Part shown: piece by piece, positions 1 through 12,422 of the stretch
Numbering within the stretch: the first letter of the stretch is position 1
Layout of the letters: each line of letters begins with the position of its first letter
From: an uncultured Acidobacteriota bacterium
Lineage (GTDB): Bacteria; Acidobacteriota; Thermoanaerobaculia; UBA5066
Reading direction: 5' to 3'
DNA length: 64,000 nt
Assembly: GCA_963779415.1 (NCBI GenBank)
Contig: CAVZYA010000003.1
Location: forward strand, 67,998-131,997
Notes under the pieces: model-generated
The model's input: only the letters and a program-made list of their open reading frames with translations
What the model was told of the DNA's origin: nothing
The model's database searches: none
Position numbers and translations under genes: made by a program

Positions 1-317
1 GGCACCTTGATCATCCGCTTCTTCGCCATCTCGATCCCCTTCTTGATGGCGACCGGGACCTCCTTCGCCTTGCCGGCGCCGTAACCGACGCGGCCATGGC
101 CGTCGCCGACGACGACGAGGGCCGAGAAGGAGAAGTTCTTGCCGCCCTTGACGACCTTCGTCACCCGGTTGATGTGGACGACGTGGTCGATCAGGTCGGC
201 TCCGGCGCGCCCCTCGCCGAGCTGTCCGGGCGCGCGCGCCGGAGCGGGCGGGCCCGAGGAACGGTTCGGACGATTGAACCGGGGAGGACGGCTACCGGGA
301 GTCGCGGTGGTGCTCAA
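1..317 (-). CDS. rpsE: 30S ribosomal protein S5 (partial; gene continues beyond window start). Probable TTG start overlapping the L18 stop.
   Basis: Minus-strand translation gives ...[65 protein letters not shown], a conserved S5 core. The position directly after rplR matches the spc operon order. Confidence 0.8.
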   Translation of the reverse strand, partial: MSTTATPGSRPPRFNRPNRSSGPPAPARAPGQLGEGRAGADLIDHVVHINRVTKVVKGGKNFSFSALVVVGDGHGRVGYGAGKAKEVPVAIKKGIEMAKKRMIKV

Positions 318-682
318 AACTTCAACCCCTTCTCGCGGGCGGCATCCGCAAGCGCCTTCACGTTGCCGTGGTAGAGGTGGCCCCCGCGGTCGAACACGAC
401 CGAGGAGATGCCTTTCTGCTGCGCGCGCGACGCGATGAGCGCGCCGACCTGCGCGGCCGCCGACTTGTTGGCCGCGCTCTTCGCCTTGCCCTTCACGTCT
501 CCCTCGTGCGACGACGCGGCCGCGAGCGTCGCGCCCGCCTCGTCGTCGATGAGCTGCACGGAGATGTACTTCAGCGACCTCGTGACGCAGAGCCGCGGCC
601 TTTCCGCCGTCCCCGTCACCTTCCGCCGGATCCGCTTGTGGATCCGTTCGCGCGCCTCGCGCCGTTCCAGAGCCTTTTCCAT
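314..682 (-). CDS. rplR: 50S ribosomal protein L18
   Basis: 122-aa ORF starting [22 protein letters not shown] and ending ...[17 protein letters not shown]; it sits between rplF and rpsE. Confidence 0.93.
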   Translation of the reverse strand: MEKALERREARERIHKRIRRKVTGTAERPRLCVTRSLKYISVQLIDDEAGATLAAASSHEGDVKGKAKSAANKSAAAQVGALIASRAQQKGISSVVFDRGGHLYHGNVKALADAAREKGLKF

Positions 683-691
683 ACGCCGTCC

Positions 692-1249
692 TTACTTGCC
701 CGTCGCCTTGCCGGCCTTCTTCTTCAGGATCTCGCCGACGAACCGGAACCCCTTCAGCTTGTACGGGTCGGGGGGCTTGATGCCGCGGATCTCCGTGGCC
801 GTCTGCCCGACCTTCTGCTTGTCGACGCCGGTGACGATGATGTGGGTGACGTCCTTGGCCTTCGCGTCGGGGGCGACGTCGATCCGGATCCCCTCCGGCT
901 CCGGGAAGCGGACCTGGTGGGAAAACCCGACGGAAAAGACGACGTCCTTTCCCTTCTTCTCGGCCTTGTAGCCGATGCCGACGAGGTCGATCTCGCGCTT
1001 GTAGCCCTCGGTCACGCCGCGAACGGCGTTCTGGAGGAGCGCCCGGTTCAGCCCGTGGATCGCCTTGTCGCGCTTCTCTTCGCCGGACCGCGAGACCTCG
1101 ATCTGGCCGTCCTTCGTCACGACCGAAATTCCGGCGAGGATCGGCGTCACGGACGCGCCCCGGGGGCCCTTGACCTCGACCGCCCCCTCGGCGACCCGGA
1201 CGTCGACCCCCTTCGGGATCGCGATCGGTTTTCTTCCGACTCGAGACAT
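692..1249 (-). CDS. rplF: 50S ribosomal protein L6
   Basis: 185-aa [22 protein letters not shown]... The two-domain L6 signature and spc order support the call. Confidence 0.93.
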   Translation of the reverse strand: MSRVGRKPIAIPKGVDVRVAEGAVEVKGPRGASVTPILAGISVVTKDGQIEVSRSGEEKRDKAIHGLNRALLQNAVRGVTEGYKREIDLVGIGYKAEKKGKDVVFSVGFSHQVRFPEPEGIRIDVAPDAKAKDVTHIIVTGVDKQKVGQTATEIRGIKPPDPYKLKGFRFVGEILKKKAGKATGK

Positions 1250-1264
1250 CGTGTGCTCCTGCCC

Positions 1265-1663
1265 TTACCAGACCGTGCAGACGACCTCGCCGCCGAGCCC
1301 GCGACGGCGCGCGTCGTGCCCGGTCAGGAGGCCCTGAGAGGTGGAGACGATGGAGATGCCGAGTCCCCCGAGAACCTCCGGCAGCTCGTCCTTGCGCCGG
1401 TAGAGGCGGCGCCCTGGCTTGCTCGTCCGCGTGAGGCCGTGGATGACCGGGTTCCCCGTCTCGTCGTACTTGAGGTAGAGACGGAGGAGGCTTCCGCCGC
1501 GGTCGTCCATCACCTTGAAGTTCTTGATGTACCCCTCGTCCTTGAGGATCCGCGCGAGCTCCACCTTGAAGCGGGACGACGGGATGTCCGTCTTCTCGTG
1601 CCGGGCGGAGAGGGAGTTGCGGACGCGGGCGAGAAGATCGGCGATCGGATCGGACATGCTCAT
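1265..1663 (-). CDS. rpsH: 30S ribosomal protein S8
   Basis: 132-aa [23 protein letters not shown]... ending ...GGEVVCTVW. Confidence 0.93.
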   Translation of the reverse strand: MSMSDPIADLLARVRNSLSARHEKTDIPSSRFKVELARILKDEGYIKNFKVMDDRGGSLLRLYLKYDETGNPVIHGLTRTSKPGRRLYRRKDELPEVLGGLGISIVSTSQGLLTGHDARRRGLGGEVVCTVW

Positions 1664-1673
1664 GCGACCCTCC

Positions 1674-1859
1674 TCACCACGACGCCTTCGTCACGCCCGG
1701 GACGTATCCCGCGAGCGCGAGGTTCCGGAAGCAGATCCGGCAGAGGCCGAACTTCCGGAGGTAGGCGCGCGGCCGCCCGCAGCGCTTGCAGCGGCTGCGC
1801 TTCCGGATCGTGAACTTCAGCTTCGAGTTCGCTTTGATGATTGCAGCGCGGCGAGCCAT
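1674..1859 (-). CDS. rpsN: 30S ribosomal protein S14, zinc-binding type Z
   Basis: 61-aa ORF containing CKRCGRP...CRICFR, a Cys4 zinc-ribbon typical of the short S14 form. Confidence 0.9.
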   Translation of the reverse strand: MARRAAIIKANSKLKFTIRKRSRCKRCGRPRAYLRKFGLCRICFRNLALAGYVPGVTKASW

Positions 1860-1876
1860 CGTGTGAGCTCCTTGGA

Positions 1877-2419
1877 TCAGCGTCCGAACGGCATGCCGAG
1901 CTCCCGGAGGAGCACCCGGGCCCGGTCATCCGAGCCGGCCGTCGTGACGATCGTGACGTTGAGCCCCCGGGACTTCTCGATCTTCGCGGGATCGATCTCG
2001 GGGAAGATGACGTGGTCCTTGACTCCCAGGGTGTAGTTTCCCCGGCCATCGAACGCGCGAGTCGGCACGCCGCGAAAGTCGCGGACGCGCGGGAGCGCGA
2101 CGTTCAGGAGCCGGTCGAGAAATTCGTACATCCGCTCGCCCCGGAGCGTGACGCGGCATCCGATCGGCATCCCCGCGCGCAGCTTGAACGAGGCGATGGA
2201 CTTCTTCGCCTTCGTCACGACGGCGCGCTGGCCGGCGATCTTCGTCAGCTCCTCCGCGGCGGCGTCGACGATCTTCGCGTTCGAGATCGCCTCGCCGATT
2301 CCCATGTTCAGGATGACCTTCTCGATCCTCGGCACGGCCATCGGGTTCTCGATCCCGAACTCCTTCCGGAGGACGGGGATCACGTCCTTTCGGTACTTAT
2401 CGAACAGACGAGCGCCCAT
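1877..2419 (-). CDS. rplE: 50S ribosomal protein L5
   Basis: 180-aa [47 protein letters not shown]... Confidence 0.93.
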   Translation of the reverse strand: MGARLFDKYRKDVIPVLRKEFGIENPMAVPRIEKVILNMGIGEAISNAKIVDAAAEELTKIAGQRAVVTKAKKSIASFKLRAGMPIGCRVTLRGERMYEFLDRLLNVALPRVRDFRGVPTRAFDGRGNYTLGVKDHVIFPEIDPAKIEKSRGLNVTIVTTAGSDDRARVLLRELGMPFGR

Positions 2420-2422
2420 GGC

Positions 2423-2791
2423 TCATTCCCCCGACGCGGCCGTGACGGCGGAGACCGTCGTGCCGCTCTTCTTCGCAAAGCGCACCCGCGCCTCGCCCTC
2501 GACCCGGACGCCCATCCGGGTCGCCTTCCCCGTCTCGGGGTCCTTGAGCTGGACGTTCGCGACCGCGATCGGGGCCTCGCGCTCGAGGATTCCGCCCTTG
2601 ATGTTCTTCTGCGGATTCGCGCGGGTGGCGCGCTTGATCTTGTTGACGCCTTCGACGATGACGCGCCCCTTGGCGGGCAGGACCCGGAGGACCTTGCCCG
2701 AGGCGCCGCGGTCCTTCCCGGCGGTGACGATGACGACGTCGCCCCGGCGGATCCGCAGTTTCCCGGTGAATACGGACTTCTTTTTCTTCAC
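2423..2791 (-). CDS. rplX: 50S ribosomal protein L24, with a short C-terminal tail
   Basis: 122-aa ORF with the KOW motif ([13 protein letters not shown]), followed by a roughly 15-aa Ser/Thr/Ala tail. Confidence 0.9.
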   Translation of the reverse strand: MKKKKSVFTGKLRIRRGDVVIVTAGKDRGASGKVLRVLPAKGRVIVEGVNKIKRATRANPQKNIKGGILEREAPIAVANVQLKDPETGKATRMGVRVEGEARVRFAKKSGTTVSAVTAASGE

Positions 2792-2792
2792 G

Positions 2793-3167
2793 TCAGATGA
2801 CCTCGGGAGCCAGAGAGATGATCTTCATGAACTTCTTCTCGCGGAGCTCGCGGGCGACGGGCCCGAAGACGCGCGTGCCGATCGGCTCCTTTTCGGCGTT
2901 GATCAGGACGGCGGCGTTCGTGTCGAAACGGATGTAGCTTCCGTCGCGGCGGCGATGCTCCCGCACCGTCCGGACGATGACGGCCTTGACGACCTTCCCC
3001 TTCTTGACCGGGTCCGGCGCGTCCGGGTTCGACTCCCTCACCGAGCAGGTGATGACGTCTCCGAGGTGTCCGTAGCGGCCTGCCGATCCCCCCTGAAGGC
3101 GGATGCAGTAGAGGCGCCGCGCGCCCGAGTTGTCGGCCACTTCCAGGATCGTGCCCATCTGGATCAC
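2793..3167 (-). CDS. rplN: 50S ribosomal protein L14
   Basis: 124-aa [27 protein letters not shown]... Confidence 0.93.
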   Translation of the reverse strand: MIQMGTILEVADNSGARRLYCIRLQGGSAGRYGHLGDVITCSVRESNPDAPDPVKKGKVVKAVIVRTVREHRRRDGSYIRFDTNAAVLINAEKEPIGTRVFGPVARELREKKFMKIISLAPEVI

Positions 3168-3195
3168 GGCGTACTCCTTCGTCCCTCGTCTTCCA

Positions 3196-3525
3196 TCAGG
3201 AGGCCGACGCGTCGCCGGCGATCTCCGGCACCACGCCGCGGCCCCGGGTGACGACCGCCTTCACCCGCCACCTCTTCCGGGCCGAGAGCGGACGCGTCTC
3301 TTCGATCTCCACGACGTCCCCGGGACGGCACTTGAAGACCCGGTCGTCCGCCAGGAAGCGGGCGGTCCGCTTCTGGATCCGCCCGTAGCGGGCGTTCTTC
3401 ACGAACCGCGTCACCTCGACGACGATCGTCTTTTCCATCTTGGCCGAAACGACCTTGCCGAGCTTTCGCGTCCGGCGCGCGGCCGTTTTCGGGGTGGGAG
3501 TTTCTGCGTTGGCGCTCATGTTCAA
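3196..3525 (-). CDS. rpsQ: 30S ribosomal protein S17
   Basis: 109-aa ORF with ...[30 protein letters not shown]... An AGGAAC..GAAGG ribosome-binding site lies upstream of the ATG. Confidence 0.9.
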   Translation of the reverse strand: MNMSANAETPTPKTAARRTRKLGKVVSAKMEKTIVVEVTRFVKNARYGRIQKRTARFLADDRVFKCRPGDVVEIEETRPLSARKRWRVKAVVTRGRGVVPEIAGDASAS

Positions 3526-3549
3526 TTTCTACCTTCAGTTCCTGACGGC

Positions 3550-4045
3550 CTATTTGCTTTTCTTCTTGGGAGCGGACTTGCCCTTCGACGAGGCTTTTCC
3601 CGAAGGAGACGAAGTCTTTCTTCTTAGAAGGTGAATGCGGCTTGCCTGACGCCGCTTTCTTCTTACCAGGCGTCTTCGCAACCCCGCCTTTCGCGGCGGC
3701 CTTGCCTTTCGGCTTCGGCGCTGCCGCGACCTTCTTACCTTTAGAAGAAACGGTCTCCTCGGACGTCACCTGCGGCGTCGCCGTCGCGGCCGCAGCTTCA
3801 GCCGGCGAGGCGGCCACCGCGGTCTCGTGCGCGGCGTGCGTCTTGAGTATCGCGGCACGGGCCGCGTCCATGTGGTCGAGCGTCTTGAGCCGCGCGATGT
3901 CCCTCCGGATCTCGCGGAGCTTCAGCGGGTTGTCGAGCTGGCCGGTCGCCTTCTGCAGCTTCAGGGTGAAGAGGGCCTGGCGCCACTCCTTCTCCTTCGC
4001 CGTCCGCTCCTCGGCGCTCCATTCCAGCATCGCGTCGATCTTCAT
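3550..4045 (-). CDS. rpmC: 50S ribosomal protein L29 with a long Lys/Ala/Pro-rich C-terminal extension. The reading frame near the 3' end is ambiguous: a probable indel lets the tracked ORF run on through rpsQ to 3164.
   Basis: The N-terminus [54 protein letters not shown] is the L29 core. It is followed by a ...[34 protein letters not shown]... tail. The alternative frame ends ...[13 protein letters not shown] at a TAG (about 3550-3552), immediately before the rpsQ ribosome-binding site. Confidence 0.75.
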
Positions 4046-4049
4046 CGGC

Positions 4050-4475
4050 TCACCTCACCGCCGCGAGGAAGGCACGCGACACGAACCGGGTCTTGATCCC
4101 GATCTTGTCGGCAGCGAGCTGGAAGGCCTCGCGCGCCGTCTTCTCGTCCACGCCTTCCATCTCGAACAGGACGCGGGCGGGCTTGATGACGGCCACCCAC
4201 CCTTCCGGCGCGCCCTTTCCCTTCCCCATCCGGGTCTCGGCGGGCTTCTTCGTGATCGGCTTGTCCGGGAAGACCCGGATCCAGAGCTTTCCGCCGCGCT
4301 TGACGTGACGCTGCACGGCGACGCGGCCGGCCTCGATCTGCCGGGCGGTCAGCCAACCCGGCTCGACGGCCTGAAGGCCGTACTCGCCGAACGCGAGATC
4401 TCCGCCGCGGAGCGCCGTTCCGCCCATCCGCCCGCGCTGCTGCTTCCGGTACTTGACCTTCGACGGCATCAACAT
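4050..4475 (-). CDS. rplP: 50S ribosomal protein L16
   Basis: 141-aa [22 protein letters not shown]... Confidence 0.93.
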   Translation of the reverse strand: MLMPSKVKYRKQQRGRMGGTALRGGDLAFGEYGLQAVEPGWLTARQIEAGRVAVQRHVKRGGKLWIRVFPDKPITKKPAETRMGKGKGAPEGWVAVIKPARVLFEMEGVDEKTAREAFQLAADKIGIKTRFVSRAFLAAVR

Positions 4476-4487
4476 GGGATGACTTCC

Positions 4488-5135
4488 TTACGCGGCCTTC
4501 CGGCGGGATTTCGCCCGGTGCAGGTCGCCCTTGTAGATCCAGACCTTGACGCCGATCGCGCCGTAGGTCGTCCGCGCGCTCGACGTGCCGTAGTCGATGT
4601 CGGCCTTGAGCGTGTGGAGCGGGAGGCGCCCCTCCTGGTACCACTCGGAGCGGGCGATCTCCGCGCCGTTCAGCCGGCCGGAGCAGCGGATCTTGATCCC
4701 CTGCGCCCCGAACCGGAAGGCGGACTCCATCCCCTTCTTCATCGCCCGGCGGAAGGCCACCCGCCGCTCGAGCTGCATCGCGATCGACTCGGCCACGAGC
4801 TGGGCGTCGGTCTCGGGGCGCTGGATCTCCACGATGTTCACGTGGATGTCCTTCCCGAGGCGCTGCTGCAGCCGGTCGCGAAGCTGGTCGACCGACGCGC
4901 CCTTCTTCCCGATGATGACGCCGGGGCGCGCCGTCATGATGTTGATCTTCAGCTTGTTGCCGCGCTCGATCTCGATCTCCGAGACGGCCGCGTTCGAGAG
5001 ATCCCGCTTGAGGTCCTCGCGCAGCTTCAGATCGTCGTGGAGGAAGCGCAGGTAGTCCTTCTCGGCGTACCAGCGCGAGTGCCACGTGCGGTTGTAGCCG
5101 ATCCGGAAACCATAGGGGTGTACTTTCTGGCCCAT
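4488..5135 (-). CDS. rpsC: 30S ribosomal protein S3
   Basis: 215 aa from [24 protein letters not shown]..., with KH and S3-C domains. The tracked ORF is extended upstream only because the GC-rich antisense of rplV stays open. Confidence 0.92.
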   Translation of the reverse strand: MGQKVHPYGFRIGYNRTWHSRWYAEKDYLRFLHDDLKLREDLKRDLSNAAVSEIEIERGNKLKINIMTARPGVIIGKKGASVDQLRDRLQQRLGKDIHVNIVEIQRPETDAQLVAESIAMQLERRVAFRRAMKKGMESAFRFGAQGIKIRCSGRLNGAEIARSEWYQEGRLPLHTLKADIDYGTSSARTTYGAIGVKVWIYKGDLHRAKSRRKAA

Positions 5136-5155
5136 CGTTTCGCTCCGTGGCTCCT

Positions 5156-5716
5156 TTAGGACTTCTTCTTCTTGTCGGACTTCGACGCGGGCTTCTCGCC
5201 CTTCGGGGCGCCCTTCGCGCGGACTCCCGCCGCGGCGACGGCCTTCGCGACGCGACCCGCCTTCTTCTTCACGAGCGGCTTGGGAGCCTCCGCGGCGAGA
5301 CCCGCGGCCTTCCGGACGGCCGGCTCGTCCGAGAGGACGACCGTCACGTGGCAGAACGGGCGCGGCACGAGCCACATCCGCCCCTGCGGCCCGCTCATGA
5401 AGCGGGGGCGCGCGAAGCGCTTCTTGTAGTTCGAGATCGCCCGGATCATCGCGTTGCGCTGAAGCGGCTTGCGGCCGGCCTCGTCGACGACGATCTTCTT
5501 GACGACGAGCGCGTCCGCGTCGACACCGGTCTCGTTCTGCTGGGCGTTCGCGACCGCGGACTCGACGAGCTTCAGGAGGACCGGCGAGCAGCGGCGCCGC
5601 GTCGTCCGGAGCGTGTCGATCGCCTTGCCGACCGGCTTCATCCGGATCAGGTCGGCCACGAGACGCACCTTCTGCGCGGAGCCGCGGTAGTGGCGGAGGC
5701 GGGCGGTGGCTTCCAT
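5156..5716 (-). CDS. rplV: 50S ribosomal protein L22 with a Lys/Ala-rich C-terminal extension
   Basis: 186 aa from [25 protein letters not shown]..., ending ...[44 protein letters not shown]. Confidence 0.88.
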   Translation of the reverse strand: MEATARLRHYRGSAQKVRLVADLIRMKPVGKAIDTLRTTRRRCSPVLLKLVESAVANAQQNETGVDADALVVKKIVVDEAGRKPLQRNAMIRAISNYKKRFARPRFMSGPQGRMWLVPRPFCHVTVVLSDEPAVRKAAGLAAEAPKPLVKKKAGRVAKAVAAAGVRAKGAPKGEKPASKSDKKKKS

Positions 5717-5730
5717 CGTCGCGTCCGTCC

Positions 5731-6084
5731 TCACGCCTTCGCCGCGGGCGTCGCCGCCGGGGCGGCCGGCGCGCCGGGAGCACCCGGCGCCGCCGGAGCG
5801 CCCGGCACCGCGCCCTTCTCGACCTTCTTGCCCGAGTGGCCCTTGAAGATCCGCGTGGGGGAGAACTCGCCGAGCTTGTGCCCGACCATGTTCTCGGAGA
5901 CGTAGACCGGCGTGAACTTCCTGCCGTTGTGGATGGCGAGCGTGTGGCCGACCATCTCCGGCACGATCGTCGAGCGGCGGGACCACGTCTTGACGACGCG
6001 CTTCTCCCCCGCCGTGTTCAGCGCGGTGATCTTCTCGAGGAGGTGGCCGTCGATGAACGGCCCTTTCTTGGTGGAACGAGACAT
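5731..6084 (-). CDS. rpsS: 30S ribosomal protein S19 with an Ala/Pro-rich C-terminal tail
   Basis: 117-aa [22 protein letters not shown]...[16 protein letters not shown], followed by the tail ...[27 protein letters not shown]. Confidence 0.92.
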   Translation of the reverse strand: MSRSTKKGPFIDGHLLEKITALNTAGEKRVVKTWSRRSTIVPEMVGHTLAIHNGRKFTPVYVSENMVGHKLGEFSPTRIFKGHSGKKVEKGAVPGAPAAPGAPGAPAAPAATPAAKA

Positions 6085-6099
6085 CGCGTTTCTCCGGCC

Positions 6100-6924
6100 T
6101 TACGATTTCCGGCGCTTGACGATCAGCGCGTCGGTCCGCTTGTTGTTCCGAGTCTTCATCCCCTTCGTCTTCCATCCCCAGGGCGAGCAGGGGTGGCGCC
6201 CGCCCGAGGTCTTCCCCTCGCCCCCCCCCATCGGGTGGTCGACGGGGTTCATCGCGACGCCGCGGTTGTGCGAGCGCCAGCCGAGCCAGCGGTTCCGCCC
6301 CGCCTTGCCGATGGAGATGTTCTCGTGCTCGAGGTTGCCGACCTGGCCGATCGTCGCGTAGCAGTCGACGCGCACCTTGCGGAGCTCGCCGGAGGGGACG
6401 CGGAGGAGCGCGTAGCCCCCTTCCTTCGCCATCAGCTGCGCGCCGGCCCCCGCCGCGCGCGCGATCTTCGCGCCGGCGCCCGGCTTGAACTCGACGTTGT
6501 GGACGATCGTGCCGACGGGGATCGACTTCAGCGGCAGGGCGTTGCCGACGACGATGTCGGCCGCCGGCCCGGCCACGACGGACTGCCCGACCGAAAGGCC
6601 GGTCGGCGCGAGGATGTAACGCTTCTCGCCGTCCGCGTACGCGAGGAGTGCGATCCGCGCGGAGCGGTTCGGGTCGTACTCGATCGAGGCGACCTTCGCC
6701 GGGATCTCGCGCTTGTCGCGGTTGAAGTCGATGTCGCGGAAGCGGCGCTTGTGGCCGCCGCCGCGCCACCAGGAGGTGAGCTGGCCCTTGTTGTTCCGCC
6801 CCCCGGTCTTCACCTTTCCGCGGGTGAGGGCCTTCTCCGGTCCGGTCCTGGTCAGCTCCGCGAAGCTGGACGTCGTCCGCTGGCGGAGGCCCGGCGTGGT
6901 GGGCTTGTACGACTTGACGGGCAT
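6100..6924 (-). CDS. rplB: 50S ribosomal protein L2
   Basis: 274-aa [37 protein letters not shown]... Confidence 0.94.
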   Translation of the reverse strand: MPVKSYKPTTPGLRQRTTSSFAELTRTGPEKALTRGKVKTGGRNNKGQLTSWWRGGGHKRRFRDIDFNRDKREIPAKVASIEYDPNRSARIALLAYADGEKRYILAPTGLSVGQSVVAGPAADIVVGNALPLKSIPVGTIVHNVEFKPGAGAKIARAAGAGAQLMAKEGGYALLRVPSGELRKVRVDCYATIGQVGNLEHENISIGKAGRNRWLGWRSHNRGVAMNPVDHPMGGGEGKTSGGRHPCSPWGWKTKGMKTRNNKRTDALIVKRRKS

Positions 6925-6930
6925 GGTGTC

Positions 6931-7224
6931 CTACACTCCCTCGAAGATCGCCGGGGGCTTCTGCCCGGCCGCCAGCTTGACGTAGGCCTTCTTGCGGTCC
7001 TGGGCACGGCCGATCGACCGGCCGACCTTCTTGATCTTCCCGGAGACCTTCACGACGCGGACGGAGTCCACCTTCACGTTGAAGAGCGCCTCGACCGCGT
7101 GGCGGATCTGGATCTTGTTGGCGTCACGGGCGACGTCGAACGTGATGACGTTCTGAGATGTCGTGAGCGCCGTCGACTTCTCGGTCAGGACGGGGCGCAC
7201 GATGACCGACTGTGGAGTCCTCAC
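6931..7224 (-). CDS. rplW: 50S ribosomal protein L23 (GTG start)
   Basis: 97 aa (V/M)RTPQSVIVRPVLTEKSTAL... The tracked ORF runs further upstream through open antisense. Confidence 0.88.
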   Translation of the reverse strand: MRTPQSVIVRPVLTEKSTALTTSQNVITFDVARDANKIQIRHAVEALFNVKVDSVRVVKVSGKIKKVGRSIGRAQDRKKAYVKLAAGQKPPAIFEGV

Positions 7225-7868
7225 GACAACACCTCCGTCACGGCGCGGAGCGCCTCCTCGGAGAGGACGATCGTTCCGGCATGGAGCGCGTCGTAGACGT
7301 TGAGAGCCCGTGCGTCCCGCGCGACGAGGCCCTTCTGGTTGCGGGCGGCCTTCACGAGGTTCCCGTTCGCGGCGAGGTCGAGGAGCAGCGTCTTTCCGGC
7401 GACGCCGAGCCCCGCGAGGACGCCGGCGAGCGCCCGGGTCTTGTGCGTCGGCAGCTCGAGGCTGTCGAGGAGGACGATCTTCTGGTCCCGGGCCTTTTCG
7501 GAGAGGACGCACCGGAGCGCGGCCTTCTTGGCCTTGACGTTCATCTTCAGGGCGTAGGAGCGCGGCGTCGGTCCGTGCACCGTGCCGCCGTGACGGTGGA
7601 TCGGCGGGCGTCCGCCCCCCTGCCGTGCGCGTCCCGTGTGCTTCTGCTTGAACGGCTTCTTGCCCGAGCCGGAGACCTCGGAGCGGGTCTTCGTCTTGTG
7701 CGTCCCGCGATGCTCGCGCGCGCGGATCTCCTTGACCGCCTCCCAGACGAGGTGCCGGCGGAAGGGAACGCCGAAGATCTCGGCCGGAAGGGTCGCCTCT
7801 CCCACCGTCTCGGCCTTGAGGTTCCGGACGGGAACCGTCAGGGGCGCGGGGGTCGTCTTCGTCTCCAT
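7221..7868 (-). CDS. rplD: 50S ribosomal protein L4
   Basis: METKTTPAPLTVPVRNLKAETVGEATLPAEIFG... A start 5 codons further upstream is also possible. Confidence 0.9.
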   Translation of the reverse strand: METKTTPAPLTVPVRNLKAETVGEATLPAEIFGVPFRRHLVWEAVKEIRAREHRGTHKTKTRSEVSGSGKKPFKQKHTGRARQGGGRPPIHRHGGTVHGPTPRSYALKMNVKAKKAALRCVLSEKARDQKIVLLDSLELPTHKTRALAGVLAGLGVAGKTLLLDLAANGNLVKAARNQKGLVARDARALNVYDALHAGTIVLSEEALRAVTEVLS

Positions 7869-7879
7869 CGCGCCTCCTC

Positions 7880-8536
7880 TCACGCCGCCGCCCCGGGCGC
7901 GTGACGCGCCGGGCGCTTGACGATCTTCACGACCGTGTTCCGGGCGCCGGGGACGGCGCCGCGGAGATAGATGAGATGGTTCTCGGCGTCCACGCGGACG
8001 ACGACGAGGTTCTTCATCGTCGTCTGCTTCCCCCCCATCCGCCCCGAAGAGCGGGTGCCGGGGAAGACGCGCGACGGGAAGGCCGACGGCCCGATGGAGC
8101 CGGGCGCCCGGTGGAACATCGAGCCGTGCGTCGCGCCGCCGCCCGCGAAGTGGTGCCTCTTGACGACGCCCTGAAAGCCCTTCCCCTTCGACACGCCCAC
8201 GACGTCCACCGACTCCTTCTCGGAGAAGATGTCGCAGAGGACCTTGTCACCCGGGGCCACGGCGTCCGCCGAGTCGCACCGCACCTCGCCCACCGTGCCC
8301 GCCGGCGGGACCCCGGCTTTCTCGAAATGCCCGCGAAGCGCTTTCGTGAGGCGCCGGGGGGAGACGCGCTTCCCGACGAGGCCCAGCTGGACCGCGTCGT
8401 AGCCGTCGTTCTCCTTCGTCTTCCGCTGGACGACGAGGCAGGGCCCCGCTTCGACCACCGTCACCGGCACCACCGTGCCGTCGGCCTCGAAGAGCTGGGT
8501 CATGCCGATCTTGCGTCCCAGAATTCCGTTGATCAT
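7880..8536 (-). CDS. rplC: 50S ribosomal protein L3
   Basis: 218-aa [36 protein letters not shown]... Confidence 0.94.
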   Translation of the reverse strand: MINGILGRKIGMTQLFEADGTVVPVTVVEAGPCLVVQRKTKENDGYDAVQLGLVGKRVSPRRLTKALRGHFEKAGVPPAGTVGEVRCDSADAVAPGDKVLCDIFSEKESVDVVGVSKGKGFQGVVKRHHFAGGGATHGSMFHRAPGSIGPSAFPSRVFPGTRSSGRMGGKQTTMKNLVVVRVDAENHLIYLRGAVPGARNTVVKIVKRPARHAPGAAA

Positions 8537-8563
8537 CGTCGCATCCTCGCTCCGGCGCCGGCT

Positions 8564-8881
8564 CTACTTCCCCATCGTCCGGATTTCGACCTCGACGCCC
8601 GCCGGAAGCTCCAGCTTCGTCAGGGCGTCGACGGTCTGCGGCGTCCACTCGAAGATGTCGAGCAGCCGCTTGTGCGTCCGCATCTCGAACTGTTCGCGCG
8701 ACTTCTTGTCGACGTGGGGCGAGCGGTTGACCGTCCACCGCGAAATGACCGTCGGCAGCGGGATCGGTCCCGCGACCTTCGCGCCGGACCGCCGCGCCGT
8801 GTCGACGATCTCGGTCGTCGACTGGTCGAGGATCCGGTAGTCGTACCCCTTCAGGCGGATGCGGATCTTGTCGTTGGCCAT
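8564..8881 (-). CDS. rpsJ: 30S ribosomal protein S10
   Basis: 105-aa [47 protein letters not shown]... Confidence 0.95.
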   Translation of the reverse strand: MANDKIRIRLKGYDYRILDQSTTEIVDTARRSGAKVAGPIPLPTVISRWTVNRSPHVDKKSREQFEMRTHKRLLDIFEWTPQTVDALTKLELPAGVEVEIRTMGK

Positions 8882-8896
8882 GGGATCCTTCTTCGC

Positions 8897-10099
<1,203 letters not shown>

Positions 10100-10130
10100 C
10101 TCAATCCCTCCGTTCTCTACGAAAGTCGTC

Positions 10131-12206
10131 CTAGACCGAGACCTTCGCGATGATCCCCTCGGCGATCGCCTTCGGGACCTCGTCGTACTTCTCGAACTGC
10201 ATCGTGTAGTTGGCCCGCCCCTGCGTCAGGGAGCGGAGCTGGGTGGCATAGCCGAACATCTCCGACAGCGGGACGGTCGCGCTGATCACCTGGAAGTTCA
10301 GGCGCGCTTCCATGTGATTGATCTTCCCGCGCCGCGAGTTGAGGTCGCCGATGACCTCGCCCATGAACTCCTCGGGCGTCACGGCCTCGACGGCCATCAT
10401 CGGCTCGAGGATGAACGGGTCGGCCTTCTTCGCGGCGTCCTGGTACGCCATGGACCCCGCGATCTTGAAGGCCATCTCGGACGAGTCGACCTCGTGGAAC
10501 GAGCCGTCGTACAGCTCCACCTGGAGCTTGACGGTCGGGTAGCCGGCGAGGACGCCCGTCGAGGACGCCTCCCGGATCCCCTGCTCGATCGGCTTGATGA
10601 ACTCGCGGGGGATCGTCCCCCCCGTGATTCCGTTGACGAACTCGAAGTCCTTCCCTTCCGGGTGCGGGCGGAGGTAGATCTTCGCGTGGCCGTACTGCCC
10701 CTTGCCGCCCGACTGGCGGATGAAGCGGCCTTCGCCCTTCGTCTCCTTGCGGATCCCCTCGCGGTAGGCGACCTGGGGCTTGCCGACGTTCGCCCCGACG
10801 TTGAACTCCCGGACCATCCGGTCGACGATGATCTCCAGGTGGAGCTCCCCCATCCCGGCGATGATGGTCTGGTTCGTCTCCTTGTCCGTGTGGACGCGGA
10901 AGGTCGGGTCTTCCTGCATCAGCTTGGCGAGCGCCATCCCCATCTTTTCCTGGTCGGCCTTCGTCTTCGGCTCGATGGAAAGCGTGATGACGGGCTCGGG
11001 GAACTTCATTGCCTCGAGGACGACGATCGAGTTGCGGTCGCAGATCGTGTCGCCCGTCGTGACGTTCTTCAGTCCGACGGCCGCCGCGATGTCGCCCGCC
11101 CAGACCTCCTTGATCTCTTCGCGCTTGTTCGCGTGCATCCTCAGGATGCGGCCGACGCGCTCGTTCGACTGCTTCGTCGAGTTGTAGACCCCCGAGCCGG
11201 CATCGAGGTGACCTGAATAGACCCGGAAGAAGGCGAGCTGCCCCACGAAGGGGTCGGTCATGATCTTGAAGACGAGGCCGGCGAACGGCGCGTCGTCCTT
11301 CGTCTCGCGGATCAGCTCCTTGCCGTCCTCGTCCAGCCCGGTGATGGCCGGGATGTCGAGGGGCGAGGGAAGGTAGTCGCAGACGGCGTCGAGGAGCTGC
11401 TGCACGCCCTTGTTCTTGAAGGCCGCGCCGCAGACGACGGGGTGGAGCTTTCCGGCGACGGTGGCCTTTCGCAGGGCCGCGCGGATCTCCGCGGGCTCCG
11501 GCACGTGCCCCTCCATCCACTTGCGCATGATGCCGTCGTCGACCTCCGCGACCGTCTCGACGAGCCGCTCGCGGTACTTGTCGAAGAGGGCCTTGTGGTC
11601 GGCCGGGACGTCCACCATCTCGAACTCGGAGCCGAGCTTGTCGTCCCGGAAGTCGTACGCCTTCCCCTCGATCAGGTCGATGACCCCCTCGAACGTCTCG
11701 GCCGAGCCCCACGGGACCTGGACGGGGGTGGGCCGGGCGGCGAGCTTCGTGACCATCATGTCGACGCACTTCTCGAAGTCGGCCCCCACCCGGTCCATCT
11801 TGTTGATGAACGCGATGCGCGGAACCCCGTAGCGGTCCGCCTGCCGCCAGACCGTCTCGGACTGCGGCTCCACTCCGGAGACGGCATCGAAGACCGCGAC
11901 GGCTCCGTCGAGGACGCGGAGCGACCGCTCCACTTCGGCCGTGAAGTCGACGTGACCTGGCGTGTCGATGATGTTGATCCGGAACTCCTTCCAGAGGCAC
12001 GTCGTCGCGGCGGAGGTGATCGTGATGCCGCGTTCCTGCTCCTGGACCATCCAGTCCATCGTCGCCGTGCCGTCGTGGACCTCGCCGAGCTTGTAGTTGA
12101 CCCCCGTGTAATAGAGGATCCGCTCGGTCGTCGTCGTCTTGCCCGCGTCGATGTGGGCCATGATGCCGATGTTCCGGCAGCTGTCGAGGGGATGAGTTCT
12201 CGGCAT
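10131..12206 (-). CDS. fusA: Elongation factor G
   Basis: About 691 aa from [35 protein letters not shown]...; the tracked ORF is extended 15 codons upstream. Confidence 0.96.
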   Translation of the reverse strand: MPRTHPLDSCRNIGIMAHIDAGKTTTTERILYYTGVNYKLGEVHDGTATMDWMVQEQERGITITSAATTCLWKEFRINIIDTPGHVDFTAEVERSLRVLDGAVAVFDAVSGVEPQSETVWRQADRYGVPRIAFINKMDRVGADFEKCVDMMVTKLAARPTPVQVPWGSAETFEGVIDLIEGKAYDFRDDKLGSEFEMVDVPADHKALFDKYRERLVETVAEVDDGIMRKWMEGHVPEPAEIRAALRKATVAGKLHPVVCGAAFKNKGVQQLLDAVCDYLPSPLDIPAITGLDEDGKELIRETKDDAPFAGLVFKIMTDPFVGQLAFFRVYSGHLDAGSGVYNSTKQSNERVGRILRMHANKREEIKEVWAGDIAAAVGLKNVTTGDTICDRNSIVVLEAMKFPEPVITLSIEPKTKADQEKMGMALAKLMQEDPTFRVHTDKETNQTIIAGMGELHLEIIVDRMVREFNVGANVGKPQVAYREGIRKETKGEGRFIRQSGGKGQYGHAKIYLRPHPEGKDFEFVNGITGGTIPREFIKPIEQGIREASSTGVLAGYPTVKLQVELYDGSFHEVDSSEMAFKIAGSMAYQDAAKKADPFILEPMMAVEAVTPEEFMGEVIGDLNSRRGKINHMEARLNFQVISATVPLSEMFGYATQLRSLTQGRANYTMQFEKYDEVPKAIAEGIIAKVSV

Positions 12207-12422
12207 ATCGAAGCGTCCCGTTGCGGGTCTGTCTGCGCCGTCGAACCCCACCGTTCTTGCATCTGGCTCGCTGCGCTCGCCAGCTGGTCCGGAGGTTATT
12301 GGCCTCCGGCTCTCGGTTTGGGGTTCCGCACGCTGAAGGGCGTGTCCGGGTGTTCCGAAGGACCTCGCCGGACCCTCGGGGCCGGCCGGTTTCCCACTCT
12401 CCCGGATCGTCTCAGTGCAGGC

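Noticed and set aside
368-1813. Long plus-strand ORFs across the ribosomal operon (for example 368..1813, 1841..2800, 3642..5159, 5836..7296, 7901..10153) and across dxs (14919..16799)
   Set aside because: All are antisense to strongly supported conserved genes and translate to repetitive R/A/D/G/P-rich sequence. They are GC-content artefacts.
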